The translations under genes and the position numbers were made by a program. DNA of 36,222 bases, filler included, from Rhabdomonas costata (taxonomy: Eukaryota), in NCBI GenBank assembly GCA_019059605.1. It is 33 parts of 33 records of this genome, joined end to end, with 100 filler letters (N's around TTAATTAATTAA, not from the genome) between each part and the next. Parts side by side here need not be neighbours in the genome. Positions count along the whole stretch, not along the records: positions 22,008 to 23,007 come from JAHMHO010034511.1; positions 23,108 to 24,107 come from JAHMHO010034513.1; positions 24,208 to 25,207 come from JAHMHO010034517.1; positions 25,308 to 26,307 come from JAHMHO010034520.1; positions 26,408 to 27,407 come from JAHMHO010034523.1; positions 27,508 to 28,508 come from JAHMHO010034524.1; positions 28,609 to 29,613 come from JAHMHO010034539.1; positions 29,714 to 30,714 come from JAHMHO010034540.1; 25 more parts are not named here. The stretch is one strand, 5' to 3'. Each line of letters opens with the position of its first letter. Positions within the stretch are counted from its first letter, which is position 1. Positions 22,158 to 34,119 of the stretch are shown in pieces. The notes below the pieces were generated by a model. That model was not told the origin of the DNA. It did not search any database and worked only from the letters and a program-made list of their open reading frames with translations.

Positions 22158-25100
22158 TGGGTACTGCACACTCACAGGACCTCACAGGAGCAGTTGGGGG
22201 AGTGCACGCAGGAGTGTCGCAGGGGCTCGGCGCTGGACCCAAGTATTGGATCCCTGATGAGAGGGCAACACCAAAAGACGATAATAATAAGGCACAGCTA
22301 CCACCCCACTCTAATGGACGAACAACAAATGTCAGTGGTATGAGTGAGCTTATTGGGCACCCGATTGTACCGAAGAATCCAAAAAGCTTTAGAGTATACA
22401 AACTCTGGCTCAAAAAGTAGATGACTGAAAGGGGAACTCACAACAGGCTCTCGGCGATAGTGAAGAAAGGAGCAGAAATGTGAACTGCCCACCCTTCCCA
22501 CCTGCGGGAGAGTAAGGGTTGTGGTTATAGCTCACAGGAATGGGACGAACAGCCATTTATTTTTAAGCGTGGAAAGGAAAATATCTGTGGACAGAAGAGA
22601 GCGAAAAAGAAGCCCGCCTGCCTGTCCTCCTAGACTGGCCGTCCCTGATGAGCTCCTTGGAGCATCTCCCCAATCGCAATGGTCATGCGAAAAAAAAAAG
22701 ATGAAACCTCTCACGCCGTGCAGCGTTGGTCTGCGAGGCTCAACCCACCGTGACAACAAGCCATGATCCAGCAATTCACTTTGGTAGGTGAGGTACAAGA
22801 TTGAAAATGGGACCATGCGAAGCCGGTCTGCAGCTTGCGTCTTTACCACGACCTGATTTCATCTGCCGGCTTCCCGAACACACCCAAAAACAGACGGGGC
22901 AGTACTTCGGCGGACGAAATCACTGTACACTTTGCCTGCCACACAGCGGCAGCAACTGCACTGTCACAGCGGAAGCATAACACGCTTTGACCGATGAAAC
23001 AAAAAACNNNNNNNNNNNNNNNNNNNNNNNNNNNNNNNNNNNNNNNNNNNNTTAATTAATTAANNNNNNNNNNNNNNNNNNNNNNNNNNNNNNNNNNNNN
23101 NNNNNNNTGTGTGGTTTAGTAGCGCGGGTATTTGAGTACGCAAGGAACGCAACAAATTGACCACTGGAACATGGAGTTCTAAGTGCAAAGGATCACCTCA
23201 ATAGACTCTTTAAAGAAGATAGTAAATGTTGCCTCATATAAGCATTGGTAGAAAAGGCAGAGCGAATCGGTGCCCACTGGATGGTCAACTCCAGACGTGT
23301 GCTATGCGCCATGTTCAAGACAATAGAAGATTTACTCCATTGTAGTAGGATATCCCAAGCGAAGTGAATAGGTATCATATCTATCATGTACAAGCTTTAG
23401 GTTTTTGTTTCGCGTCTCTGAATTCTGGTTCGGTATCGGTGATTGTCACTTGGTGATGGTATGGGTTGGTAATGGTATCGTTGGTAAGTGTATGGGGTTT
23501 GTAAGTGAAATGTCTCGGGGTCGTGGTGAGAGGTGAGTGTGAGTTTGATGGTGCGTTTGCCGTGCCAATGGTATGCGTTGGGTTGGGTATGGTGATGATG
23601 GTATCTGGTGTAGCGGTGAGTGTATCGTGTGTGCTTGCTTGCGTGGTGGTGTCGAGGGTATGAGTTCGCGTGTCATGGGCAGGTGTTACGGTCTCTTGCG
23701 CTTTAGACAAGAATGGTGGTGCTACGTTGCGTGTGTGCTTGTGAGGTGCTGTGCGTGTTTCCAGGTTGTGTGCTCATCGGCGATAAGAGCTTTGGTATGG
23801 TTCACGGATGCCACTTTTCAAGGACCTTCATGAGTAGCTGACCTTCGCTCTTGACTTAGGGCGTTCTTATCAGATAGTATGTTCATGGCAAACGGCACAC
23901 GTTGCTCAACTCATATAGCTACGCCTTAAAGTCTCGGGTAGGGTGGTGCGAGTGGTGTGATACAGCCACAGGTTGTTTAAGGTTACATAACCCCATCTAC
24001 AAAATTTTGCGTGGGGGACAAGCACAGGACTGGTAGTAGTCAGTGAGGTACTACCGCCATCCAGCATCCCACGTGTAGCCGTAGCTTAAATTATCCACAA
24101 CAACAATNNNNNNNNNNNNNNNNNNNNNNNNNNNNNNNNNNNNNNNNNNNNTTAATTAATTAANNNNNNNNNNNNNNNNNNNNNNNNNNNNNNNNNNNNN
24201 NNNNNNNAAGGCAGGCGGAGATGGTGCCTTGCTGATGATGACCCAACCACTCCGCTAGGGTCGAAACGCCAGTCACTCCAGTAAGACATCAGATCATCCA
24301 GCTGCTCAACCCAGAGTTCACCCCTTTCACCCCACTTACACACACACTCTCTCTCTGCTTTTTTATAGCGTTGAACTTACATGGGTCCACCAGTGAAAAA
24401 GTTTCACGAACTTTCGATCAAAATCTCTTACCGACATTCATCAAATTTCATGAAACTTGGATGGTTGTTTGTTTCTTCCTTGCACATGAAACACAAAGGG
24501 CCAGTTGCTGAAAGCAGCAGAATTTGGTGGTGCTAGATGCTTGATTAAGATGGCGCCAAATAGCGGCACGTCTGCGGGGTCTAAATTTGTCTCTGGCTTT
24601 TCTGGCTTTGTGCCGGCCTTTTGGGAGAGCCAGATGATCGTTTGACTTGGGGTACATGTTCATAAAGGGTGTGTGCATGTGGGGGGGGGTCTGCAAGGAA
24701 GACGGGAATGTCACCAACTGGAGTGTTAAGGCTGTGAGAGGAGGTGGTCGCCAACGCTGAGCGCAAAAATTCCGTCTGGGCACCGCCTGATGTTGCCTCC
24801 AAATGGGGTCCCATTCAGCGCTGTGCTTGGAGCGCAAGGCCTAAGCGCGGCGGGGATGCGCGGCTAATGGAAAAAATCAGGAGCAAAACAAAAGCGACGA
24901 TTGTCAGCCTTCTCGGTTTGTCCTGGGCAGACCATTGTCGCAGCTAACTACACACACGAGCTATGTGTGTCCTTTCAGCAAGGGCGACACTTCTTGCTGG
25001 GATCCGGCTGACAACCCAAAGGTAAAGTCCGCAAAATTCCGCGTGGAGGGGAAGCAGGGAATTGGGACAGAAAGAAGAAAAAGAAAAGAAAAGAGGAGAG

Positions 25101-25807
25101 GTAAATCTAGGTTCTGGTTGAGTGGGAATAGTTCAAGGTGAAGTCCAAAGGCAGACAACAAACGAAAACCAACAAGAGGGATGAGGTTGGTTTGGTACGA
25201 ACCCCCANNNNNNNNNNNNNNNNNNNNNNNNNNNNNNNNNNNNNNNNNNNNTTAATTAATTAANNNNNNNNNNNNNNNNNNNNNNNNNNNNNNNNNNNNN
25301 NNNNNNNGGGTGTGGGGACCTGAGGGCGCTGCCCTTGAAGGAACGCTTCGGGATGCGCCTTTGCCTTGCTGAAGAGTCGGAATTCGTTCGAATGCGTTTG
25401 CCCCAGTTTGGTGTTGATATGTTGGTGCTTGCTGCTGCGTATAAGAAATTTGTGGATAAGATCTTTCTCAAGTCGGCTTTCGGCATGTTTTACTTGTTAA
25501 TCAGCTCCCCCGTGGCCGTTGTGGAGTACTCGGACTCGTCGGATGACTCCAACGGGTCTCTTATTTTTTGGCATAGGCTCATTAGTTTGTGGGGTGCAAT
25601 GCAGTGTGCTTGTTTAAAACCATTGCAATCGCGCCTTTCGCGATTTTTTTCCAAGTGAAGACTCTTCTTGCTGGTGTGTTATTCTGTGGCGGCGTGAGTC
25701 TTTCCCCGGCAGGGGGTGGCTCAGAAGGACGATATTGTCCTTGCCCTTGAAATATTAATGGCAGTGGGTTTGTGAGCGACATCCGTTGTGAGATGGGGCC
25801 TGCGCAG

Positions 25808-25888
25808 GTTCGCTACGAAGATGATCCTCCTCCTGCTTCCCTGCGTGCTCATCCCCATCGCCCTCAACGTGCACTGGCGGAGGAAGCG
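25808..25888 (+). CDS. Exon encoding one transmembrane helix plus basic stop-transfer motif
   Basis: FATKMILLLLPCVLIPIALNVHWRRK; GCGCAG acceptor, GTTAGC donor, 81 nt, symmetric phase. Confidence 0.55.
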
Positions 25889-26560
25889 GTTAGCCCTCGA
25901 AGCGTCCCTGGTGTGCCTGTGCACAGACGCTTTCGCCGTTATACTTTTGCAAAGAGGATTGGTGGGACCAAAACAACTATGACACATTGCTGTTTGGATT
26001 CGCCGATTCGCCGACAGCCTTCGCTGCATCTTCAAGCATGCTCACTCGCTGATAATCCTTTTCCTTCTTTTGCCGGATGTTTCTCAGAAAGAGGGAAAGG
26101 CCGCCCAGCTGAGCAAGATGGCCGCTGTTGGGGGTTTTTGACATGTCCTGCGGCCGCGGATTGGGCTACGGTCACGGATTGGGCGGTTGGCTTGTGGCCC
26201 CAATTACGGACCTTAATTGGGGCGCCTATGCTGTGACAACTTGTCAAGTTGTCGTCAGACATATGGTACCGAGGACCAGAGGACGTCAGCGAAATCAGCG
26301 CGAGTGTNNNNNNNNNNNNNNNNNNNNNNNNNNNNNNNNNNNNNNNNNNNNTTAATTAATTAANNNNNNNNNNNNNNNNNNNNNNNNNNNNNNNNNNNNN
26401 NNNNNNNGGGGGTTTTGCGAGTCACTCGTCGTAGTATTCGTCCCCGTGTCGTCGTTGCACCTTACAGGCTGTATTTCCTGGGGTAGCTTTTGCCCTTGGT
26501 TCGGTGCGCGAGGTTGACCGTCCCAAACTTGGATATCCCGAAGGACATCACAAAGCGTTC

Positions 26561-26770
26561 AGCCGCTGGAAAAGATCAGCTGCACGACACAGGCCCGGGA
26601 CCAGCGGTTACCATATGTGGAACGTTCGGCGGTGACACCGTTCGCTCCAGCAGCACCTCTCGCAAGCACCCGTGGCCAACAGCGCGTGCGCCAGTCAGTC
26701 CACAGTGGTCACTAACAACCAAGCAACCAGTCAAGCAGGCAACAGCCAGCGCACAATGCACCCACCCACC
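26561..26770 (+). mobile_element. Copy of dispersed repeat family A
   Basis: AGCCGCTGGAAA...GGCCCGGGACC...GTTACCATATGTGGAACGTTCGGCGGTGA...CACCGTTCGCTCCA...GCACCTCTCG is shared with 27508-27648 (-); the 3' part is shared with 15-190 (-). Confidence 0.8.
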
Positions 26771-27507
26771 AGAATTGGAGTCCACTGAGAAGGCGGAACG
26801 GGGTGGACCTTGGTCATCAGGAGAATCTTTACTATCATTGATCACGATTGGCAATGATTTCCACTCGCTATGCCCACCACCCTCTCACCCCATATTCCCT
26901 TTTACAGTCCTGCTTTTCGCTGAGTTGCATGTATTCAAGGTTTTTGGGTTTCAAAGATGGCGAAGAATAACAAAAAAAATCACAAAAGGGCGCAACCACA
27001 ACAGGTAGGCAACCTGTTAAAAGGAGTAAGGAATGTTCGGTTCGGTTGCAGTTTTACGTTATGTATGCAACCTTAAACTGCGTTAGTAGCATTTATACGA
27101 TTGTAACAAAACGTAACGTAAGAAACGTAAAATCCAGGATTCCCCACCTCTCACCTATGTCTGGAGCCCCTCTCCCTCAGGGGACGACGGAAAGCCCGGG
27201 ATCCCTGCACCTCACTGTTGAGCACGCCACACCCACGAACGAATCTCTCATTTTGGCTCCCTGCTCACCTGACACCTATCCCTCTTTTCCACAATACCAC
27301 CTCCTCTTTCAGAACCACTGATGACCCAGCCCACCTTCTTCCTTCCGTTCCTCAGTCTTGGGCTCCTCATCATGCATCTCAGGTGACTGACTGCACAACA
27401 AACAACCNNNNNNNNNNNNNNNNNNNNNNNNNNNNNNNNNNNNNNNNNNNNTTAATTAATTAANNNNNNNNNNNNNNNNNNNNNNNNNNNNNNNNNNNNN
27501 NNNNNNN

Positions 27508-28281
27508 CGAGAGGTGCCGTTGGAGCGAACGGTGCCGTGGGGAACCGGAACCGGCTCACCGCCGAACGTTCCACATCTGGTAACGTGACCTTCCTTCAGC
27601 CCCACGGGTCCCGGGCCATTTTCGCGCAGCTTGTCATTTCCAGCGGCTACCATTGCTGATCAGTTCTCTGCGACTCGACACTCCTTCCTTGGGGTCTGGG
27701 GCCGTTTCTCGCGGGAACGACCCTTGGAGCTTTTCTTTCGGGTGGGTGAACGGGCAGCACCGGTATCTACAGGCGTTGCTGTGCCAGCACATCGCCCTAT
27801 CGTTGCGTTGCGGGCTATTCCTGCCCTCTTCCGCTGAGCCTCCCGTACCTCGGGGTTGCCTCACTGACTCCTTGCCCTGGTGCGTCTGCGAGTACTTTCG
27901 CTTCCTGTTGGTGGTAACATAAGGACAATGATTTCTTGCGATGCTCGATGGTCCGCTTGTATCTCCGCGCACTGGGTCCGCCTCTATGCGGGTTCGCTCT
28001 AGGTGCTCCTCCCTCGGGTGAACAAAGGGATATCTTTGGAACTTGCATGCCATCCCATGTCAGCATCGCACTCCTGGGGCACACGTGCTCGTCTTCCACC
28101 TGCTTTCGGCTGCGGCTTTCATGTCTTGTCCCTGGGAGTCTCGGGGGTCTCTTTCCCTCCGTCGGCCTCTCCTGCTCTGCGTCTCTGTTATCCCAGAATT
28201 GTCCATACTTGATCCCCGCAGCCATCTTTCTCCGTATTTTTTCTGGCCCGCCATCCCTCGGCTCCTGGGAGTATCTCTCAC
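27508..28281 (-). pseudogene. Degenerate ORF with two Nab2-type CCCH zinc fingers running into repeat family A (probable transposon ORF1/gag-like remnant)
   Basis: One frame from 28281 to 27634 broken only by TGA at 28060-28062; fingers C*HGMACKFQRYPFVHP and CWHSNACRYRCCPFTHP (C-x5-C-x4-C-x3-H); a frameshift leads into the segment homologous to 26561-26662. Confidence 0.65.
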
Positions 28282-28306
28282 GATCCCTGCCTCTCTCCTC
28301 GCTCCC

Positions 28307-28508
28307 GTTGAGGTTGCACTCTCTCAGGTAATCCAGTGCCCTTCAAAAGGAAATCTCCATTTCTATTTGGCGAAATCTCTCTGGCCTTTTTTATTCGATT
28401 GCAACTTATTATCTTTATCAAATAAAAAAGGCCAGAGAGATTTCGCCAAATAGAATGGAGATTTCCTTGTGAAGGGCACTGGATTACCTGAGAGAGTGCA
28501 ACCGCAAC
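28307..28508. repeat. Contig-terminal fold-back inverted repeat
   Basis: Arms of about 92 bp at 28307-28399 and 28417-28508, with few mismatches. Confidence 0.9.
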
Positions 28509-29118
28509 NNNNNNNNNNNNNNNNNNNNNNNNNNNNNNNNNNNNNNNNNNNNTTAATTAATTAANNNNNNNNNNNNNNNNNNNNNNNNNNNNNNNNNNNN
28601 NNNNNNNNTTGACAAACGGTGGTGAATTTTTCCATCGCACATTTTACAGCGCTTCCTCCTTGCCGGGCATTCAGATGGGAGATCCCCAGCCAAGGCTCGC
28701 TGGTTTTCCTCGAATCGCGTTGCTCCATCTTTGCGATGGAGCATGCGTGGGGTTGTGGCCGGGAACCATGGTTAAATCCTTCCTTTTCTGTTTGGCCGCA
28801 GATGTGACCCCGGGGAGTTCGACTTTGTTAATTCCTGTGATGTCCTGCAGAGGCATTTTCCCTGCACTCGTTGCAGCAGCGAGTTTGGTACGTTTGTCTC
28901 CGTGTACGTCTGCCCGTGTCGTCTGCACCCTCCTGGATTCTGGCTTTGGTTTCTAGAGAGACACTCCGTTCCGCAGTGAACGGTGCATGCCTCCAGCCAA
29001 GAGTATACTCCGGGAATTCCTGAGCTGTTCTTGATGCGTCGTTGGCCTTTTTCTCGCGTTGCTTTCACAAGCGCACTTGCTCGCGCACATGCCTAGCACC
29101 TCTGTTTGGTGCGTGCAG

Positions 29119-29258
29119 GTCCGGACATTCCCAACTTTGTGGTTGACCCTTCCGACCGCCACTACGGGGAGTGCCTCGTTACGGAGGGCTTCCCCACCTG
29201 CGGGGCCCGTCACCGCTCCACCCGCCGCCTGTGCCCGTGCATCCCGCCGGAATCTTGA
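29119..29258 (+). CDS. Terminal exon with MGAT5 (GT18) C-terminal-like Cys-rich module
   Basis: GTGCAG acceptor; PDIPNFVVDPSDRHYGECLVTEGFPTCGARHRSTRRLCPCIPPES* has the C...C...H....R.CPC ending of MGAT5-like C-termini; absent from the ORF track. Confidence 0.7.
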
Positions 29259-30242
29259 CCCCCCCCCTCTCTACCCAAAAGAAAACGTACGTCACGCCGC
29301 GGTACGTAATGGATGTACGTAAGAAGGAACCGCCTTCTGCCAAAACAGAGTACAAAGCCGAGCTGCGGGGGTGTTGGCAGACCTCTGAGTGCCTTGAGGC
29401 CGCGATGGCTGGAGGATTCGCTTCATCCCCGTTCCCCCTTGAGAACGCATGGCTGCGGCATCAGGACGCCCAACCGGATTTCGGGAGTGAGCGCGATCGC
29501 CTTTGTTCCGAGACTGAAGCAAGGTTGGTGATACGAGCGTGGATTGCGATTGCGGCATCCACTTTCCCGGAACTTAACACAGGCTCCTTGGATTTGCGAA
29601 GATCCCAAACCCCNNNNNNNNNNNNNNNNNNNNNNNNNNNNNNNNNNNNNNNNNNNNTTAATTAATTAANNNNNNNNNNNNNNNNNNNNNNNNNNNNNNN
29701 NNNNNNNNNNNNNTGTGGGGTGTCAAACCGCGCGTGCGTGAATTGGAGAGGCTTGAATACCAAGAAATATGCTAGCCTTGCCTGGCGCCGCCGCAGGGGC
29801 CTTAGCAACTATGTTGGCGTTACCAGCGATCTTCCAGAACCTCTTTCCGCTGTCCGCCTGTGCGCAGAACACACCAAAAGCACCCAATCAGACACCGTGC
29901 TTTTGAGCGAAAGGTTTTTAAAAAAAATTTGCAAAGCAACAGCGCAAAGAGTGTTCCAGGTCCGCGAAAATGCAATGAAATACTTTTACACTGGTGGGCA
30001 AGGAAGGAAAAACACATGATGCAGAAGAAGAAGAGTGGGAAACACTGCAATGCAATGAGGTTGTTCTATTAAAAGGCAATGTGTCAGAGTCAAATTATTT
30101 GTGGGGTTGGTTGTCTAAATTTGGGATTCCTTTTCCCTCAGAATCCACGGCCTTTGAGACCTTTGAGAACTCAAACAACACTGTGGCAAAGGGCACGAAG
30201 GCTGAGCGGGGCGAAGCACAGGTGGGGAAGGGGTGCAGTGAC

Positions 30243-30433
30243 CTCGTAGAGATTAAGTACCGTGGCGACGCTCCAGGGGCAGAGCTTCTCCCGCACCGCG
30301 GCGGAGGGAGGGCTACCCACGGTCTCCTCGTGCACAGGATGCCGCGAGCAGGACAGCGGGGTGACCCCGCCCAGCAACCGCGCCAGGATGGTCATGGGCC
30401 CATCCCCGACATGCACAGAAAACAGAGACTGTC
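30243..30433 (-). CDS. Possible internal exon, unknown protein
   Basis: TTGCAG acceptor, GTCACT donor; QSLFSVHVGDGPMTILARLLGGVTPLS...WSVATVLNLYE; GC-rich island, no family recognised. Confidence 0.35.
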
Positions 30434-31013
30434 CTGCAATAGTCCTACATTGCATCCGCGATCTGATAATTTTTCTCACAGTTGCCTGTTATAGCGGAAT
30501 CCTAACGTGCTCTCATGTGCATGTTTGTTTCACTGATGATGTTCCCTTCTGTTTTATTTCTCGCCTCGCGTGCACGCTTCCGAACGCCTAACATGCGTTG
30601 GGCGTGGGAAGGAGTGAACTTTTCCTTGGAGAGTGGCTCTGTTCTTCGTTGTGGTTGACTTTGCCCGGACACGGGGACAACCGATTTCGGACGGGTTTCC
30701 TACCACACCAACCCNNNNNNNNNNNNNNNNNNNNNNNNNNNNNNNNNNNNNNNNNNNNTTAATTAATTAANNNNNNNNNNNNNNNNNNNNNNNNNNNNNN
30801 NNNNNNNNNNNNNNGTGTGGGGGTCGCGCTGCAAAGGTTCTCACCACCAAAAACCTTCTGTGCGCCAGGCACTGGAGGAGGAGGAGGAGGGGGAGGCACA
30901 GCATTCTGTGAAAAGCATAACAGAAGCAGCTTTTTTTTTTGAGTGATACGCACAACAACCGGCGAAAACGACGTTCTGCACAGCCCGCTAAGAGAATCGT
31001 GCAAAGACCACAC

Positions 31014-31163
31014 CTGGACGTCCGTGAAGACAATTGTCACTTCCCCGGTGGGCGCTGCAGCCAGCAAACGCCGAATTTCCCCAGCCCGTCGGTAGAAGAC
31101 AATAACTCCCACAGTCAGCAGAATCTGTGTCCCCAGAACCGAAAGGTAGCGCAATTTCAAGAA
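31014..31163 (-). CDS. Receptor-type class III adenylate/guanylate cyclase exon (TM helix plus start of catalytic domain)
   Basis: FLKLRYLSVLGTQILLTVGVIVFYRRAGEIRRLLAAAPTGEVTIVFTDVQ contains AP.G.VT.VFTD with the first metal-binding Asp; CTAG acceptor, GTGTGG donor. Confidence 0.9.
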
Positions 31164-31503
31164 CTAGTTGATTACCATTGCAGTGAAGGCGCTTTGCAGG
31201 AAGTTTGTACAGGGGAAGGAAGAGTACTCTCCTAAAAAGTAAGAATACGCATTTAAGTGGTGGGGAACATTTACTCTCATTCCCCCTTCTGATTTAACCG
31301 AACATTTTGTTTTGCAACACACCCTATGATGGGGTGTGGTGGGGGGCAGGGGTCTTCGCCTGGGGCTATTCTCCACACACAAACTTCGCACTGAGCAACG
31401 TTTGAGTTTTTGTAAGGAGAACTCGAGATCCCCCTCCCCCCAGGAATTCCCACAAAGATGGTCCCCTCAAAACCGAAAACGCAAGCACACGCACACACAC
31501 ACA

Positions 31504-31560
31504 CAAACAGACTTTGTGCACTTGGCCAGGGTGGGGTGACTTTTTCTCTGGTGAAGCCTC
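31504..31560 (+). repeat. Short dispersed motif B, copy 2
   Basis: CAAAC...CTTTGTGCACTTGGCCAGGGTGGGGTGACTTTTTCTCTGGTGAAGCCTC aligns with 12841-12891. Confidence 0.7.
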
Positions 31561-31747
31561 ACCCTCTTCTCTGCTTCCTCTACTTGGGAACCCCGACTGA
31601 CGCATTTGGAGTGCTCTTCATGGTTGCCCAACCCTCCACGCTCCACCACGGTTGGCCAGTAGGTCCCCCTCTGTGTGCGACACTCATGGGTGCCGTTGGC
31701 GGCACGCTTGACGTCTATGTGCTTCCCTTCGCTCCCCAGCACTCACC

Positions 31748-31752
<5 letters not shown>

Positions 31753-31796
<44 letters not shown>
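31753..31796 (+). repeat. (AC)22 microsatellite
   Basis: Read directly from the sequence. Confidence 0.95.
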
Positions 31797-31797
<1 letters not shown>

Positions 31798-33016
31798 AGA
31801 AGAGAACCACAACAACNNNNNNNNNNNNNNNNNNNNNNNNNNNNNNNNNNNNNNNNNNNNTTAATTAATTAANNNNNNNNNNNNNNNNNNNNNNNNNNNN
31901 NNNNNNNNNNNNNNNNGTGGGGGTTTAGAGCTCCTGTTTGTACGTTTGTACGTCTGTGTATATTTGTGATGAACTGTGCTACAACCATGTCAAACCTTTG
32001 CCCGTGTATTTGTCCGCAGTGCAAAAAGAGTCCTGCCGAAACAGCAGGGGTTCCTTGCAAGCGAGTCCGAGCTTTTTGCCGTTTGTCGATCTTCCTTTAC
32101 TTCAGCTGGTTTAGCAGTTAAGTGACCCCACACCCTTGAAAAAAGGGTAATCGACTGCTTGGAATTGTTGAATATAGGTGCAAAGTGCAAGGGTGATACT
32201 TGGGACTTTTGTTTGTATTGTTGTGACACTCTCATAATGTGCATTTCCGGCAATGGGGCCACAAGGAACGGTAAAGGCAATCGAGCCTCGCACCAGCCTC
32301 GCACCCACAAAGTACACTAATGGGTCGTCCTCTTCCTGAGCCCAATCTTTCAAATGATCTCATTCTGTGGTATGTTTTGGATTTGGGGTTGAAAGAAGAG
32401 AGGCAGAAAGCGAGGAACCGAAATTGGATGAAAAGTGAAAGATGTCCCCAGCATACTGCCTGGGTGCTCGCACGGAGATCCCCAGAATCCTGTTGTGAGC
32501 CGCAGGGCACCGGTTCACCACACAACAGGACAGGAATATCGCCTGCCGTGCGGGTCAGGCACAAACAATGCGCAATGCGAATATATGCGAAATGCGAAAA
32601 CCCACCCGAAAACACTTGGCCACCTGGCCACTGGCAGAGGCTTCCGAAAAGCACATCCGCAACCACGGGAGACCTAGCGGCCGCTAGCGGCGCGCCCACG
32701 TCTCACGTCACCCCAACTTAAAGAACCAAAACGAGGAGGAATTCTTGCCCCATCGCTTGGCACTCAACTCCCGCTGCTGGAAAATGGGAACGCTCACCAC
32801 GTTTTTCAATGCTCCGTGCTGGGTTCTTTGCACAGCCTAACCTCCGTATCCGCTCGCTCACTCACACTCCATATTTTGTTATTTTTCTCTGGTCTGAGTC
32901 CCTCGGCACAAACCACNNNNNNNNNNNNNNNNNNNNNNNNNNNNNNNNNNNNNNNNNNNNTTAATTAATTAANNNNNNNNNNNNNNNNNNNNNNNNNNNN
33001 NNNNNNNNNNNNNNNN

Positions 33017-33081
33017 GACAGCGAATCTCACATGAATCTCTCATGATGACACCATGAGAGATTCATGTACGATTCGCTGTC
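33017..33081. repeat. Contig-terminal hairpin
   Basis: GACAGCGAATC..ACATGAATCTCTCATG / CATGAGAGATTCATGT..GATTCGCTGTC. Confidence 0.8.
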
Positions 33082-33681
33082 ATCAAGGACCAAAAATTAA
33101 GATCTATATGAATGAATACAAAGCAAGTTATTTTTTGTGCCCGTGTGAGTTTCTTATTCGGTTTAATCCTATTTTATGGCTACAAAAAAGCTTGTTGGGG
33201 GCCTTTGGACTCAGTACTTCGTCATTGAGGGCAAACTGTCCTGTTTTTCTGCTGTTTTTCTGGAGAGTCCGCTGGTAAGCGAGCATTGACTTTGGTTATC
33301 ATTGCTGTTTCATGTGAAACGGCAGTTTAATACAGCATTCTGAGATGGAAAAAACCCCTGGCACCCCGCCACTCGGCCGTTCGTGGACAGAATTAGACTG
33401 TTTTTGATGTTGAACGGTTGCGTATTGCCTTGCAGCGCACACGTTTTCCTGTGTTTTTTCCGTTCCATCGGTGCAGAATTACTTGTTGTTTGGTTGACCC
33501 AGCCTTTTGTGGCAGTTTTGAGAGAAAGGCGCTTTTCGTGCGGTATGAACGTCGTTAAAAATGGCCCGTATGCAGTCGAAAGCCACCCCTTTCTCGAAAA
33601 ACTCAAGAATTAGTGCCGCTAAGTCAATTTATTGTGCGTGTGCTGCTTAAAAATCACCTTTTTCGAAAAATAAAAATCAAG

Positions 33682-33849
33682 ACAACGTTTTGCAAAACTG
33701 GATTGAACACCCCCCTCTCCCCCAGTCATGGTCAATGTTGGGGCATATCGGTAGTTTGTCGTAGGGAGTTCATTGTTGCCGGGACGAATTTTCAACATTG
33801 AAGTATTGGGGTGAAAGGGGGGTGTTCAATATGTTTTGCAAAACGTTGT
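33682..33849. repeat. Internal diverged inverted repeat (MITE-like palindrome)
   Basis: Arms 33682-33740 and 33793-33849 (ACAACGTTTTGCAAAAC..ATTGAACACCCCCCT..CCCCA..TCAATGTTG), several mismatches, not at a contig end. Confidence 0.8.
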
Positions 33850-34119
33850 ATTTGGGGTGGAAGGCTGGAATTGGCTGTTTTTAAGGGGTTTCGGGGTGCA
33901 TTTTGGGCGCATTTCGGGTGTTTGCCTGCGGCGTCGCATGGCTCCGTGCCAACCGCCTACAAAGGCATTATTTTGGCACAAAAGGTGTGCTGGAGCACCT
34001 CTGAAGGCCCGATTTTAGCNNNNNNNNNNNNNNNNNNNNNNNNNNNNNNNNNNNNNNNNNNNNTTAATTAATTAANNNNNNNNNNNNNNNNNNNNNNNNN
34101 NNNNNNNNNNNNNNNNNNN

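Noticed and set aside
28060..28062. UGA-to-Trp recoding
   Set aside because: TGA terminates other genes here (7864, 13482, 29256, 36204), and the same ORF has a Cys-to-Tyr change and a frameshift; decay is the simpler explanation.
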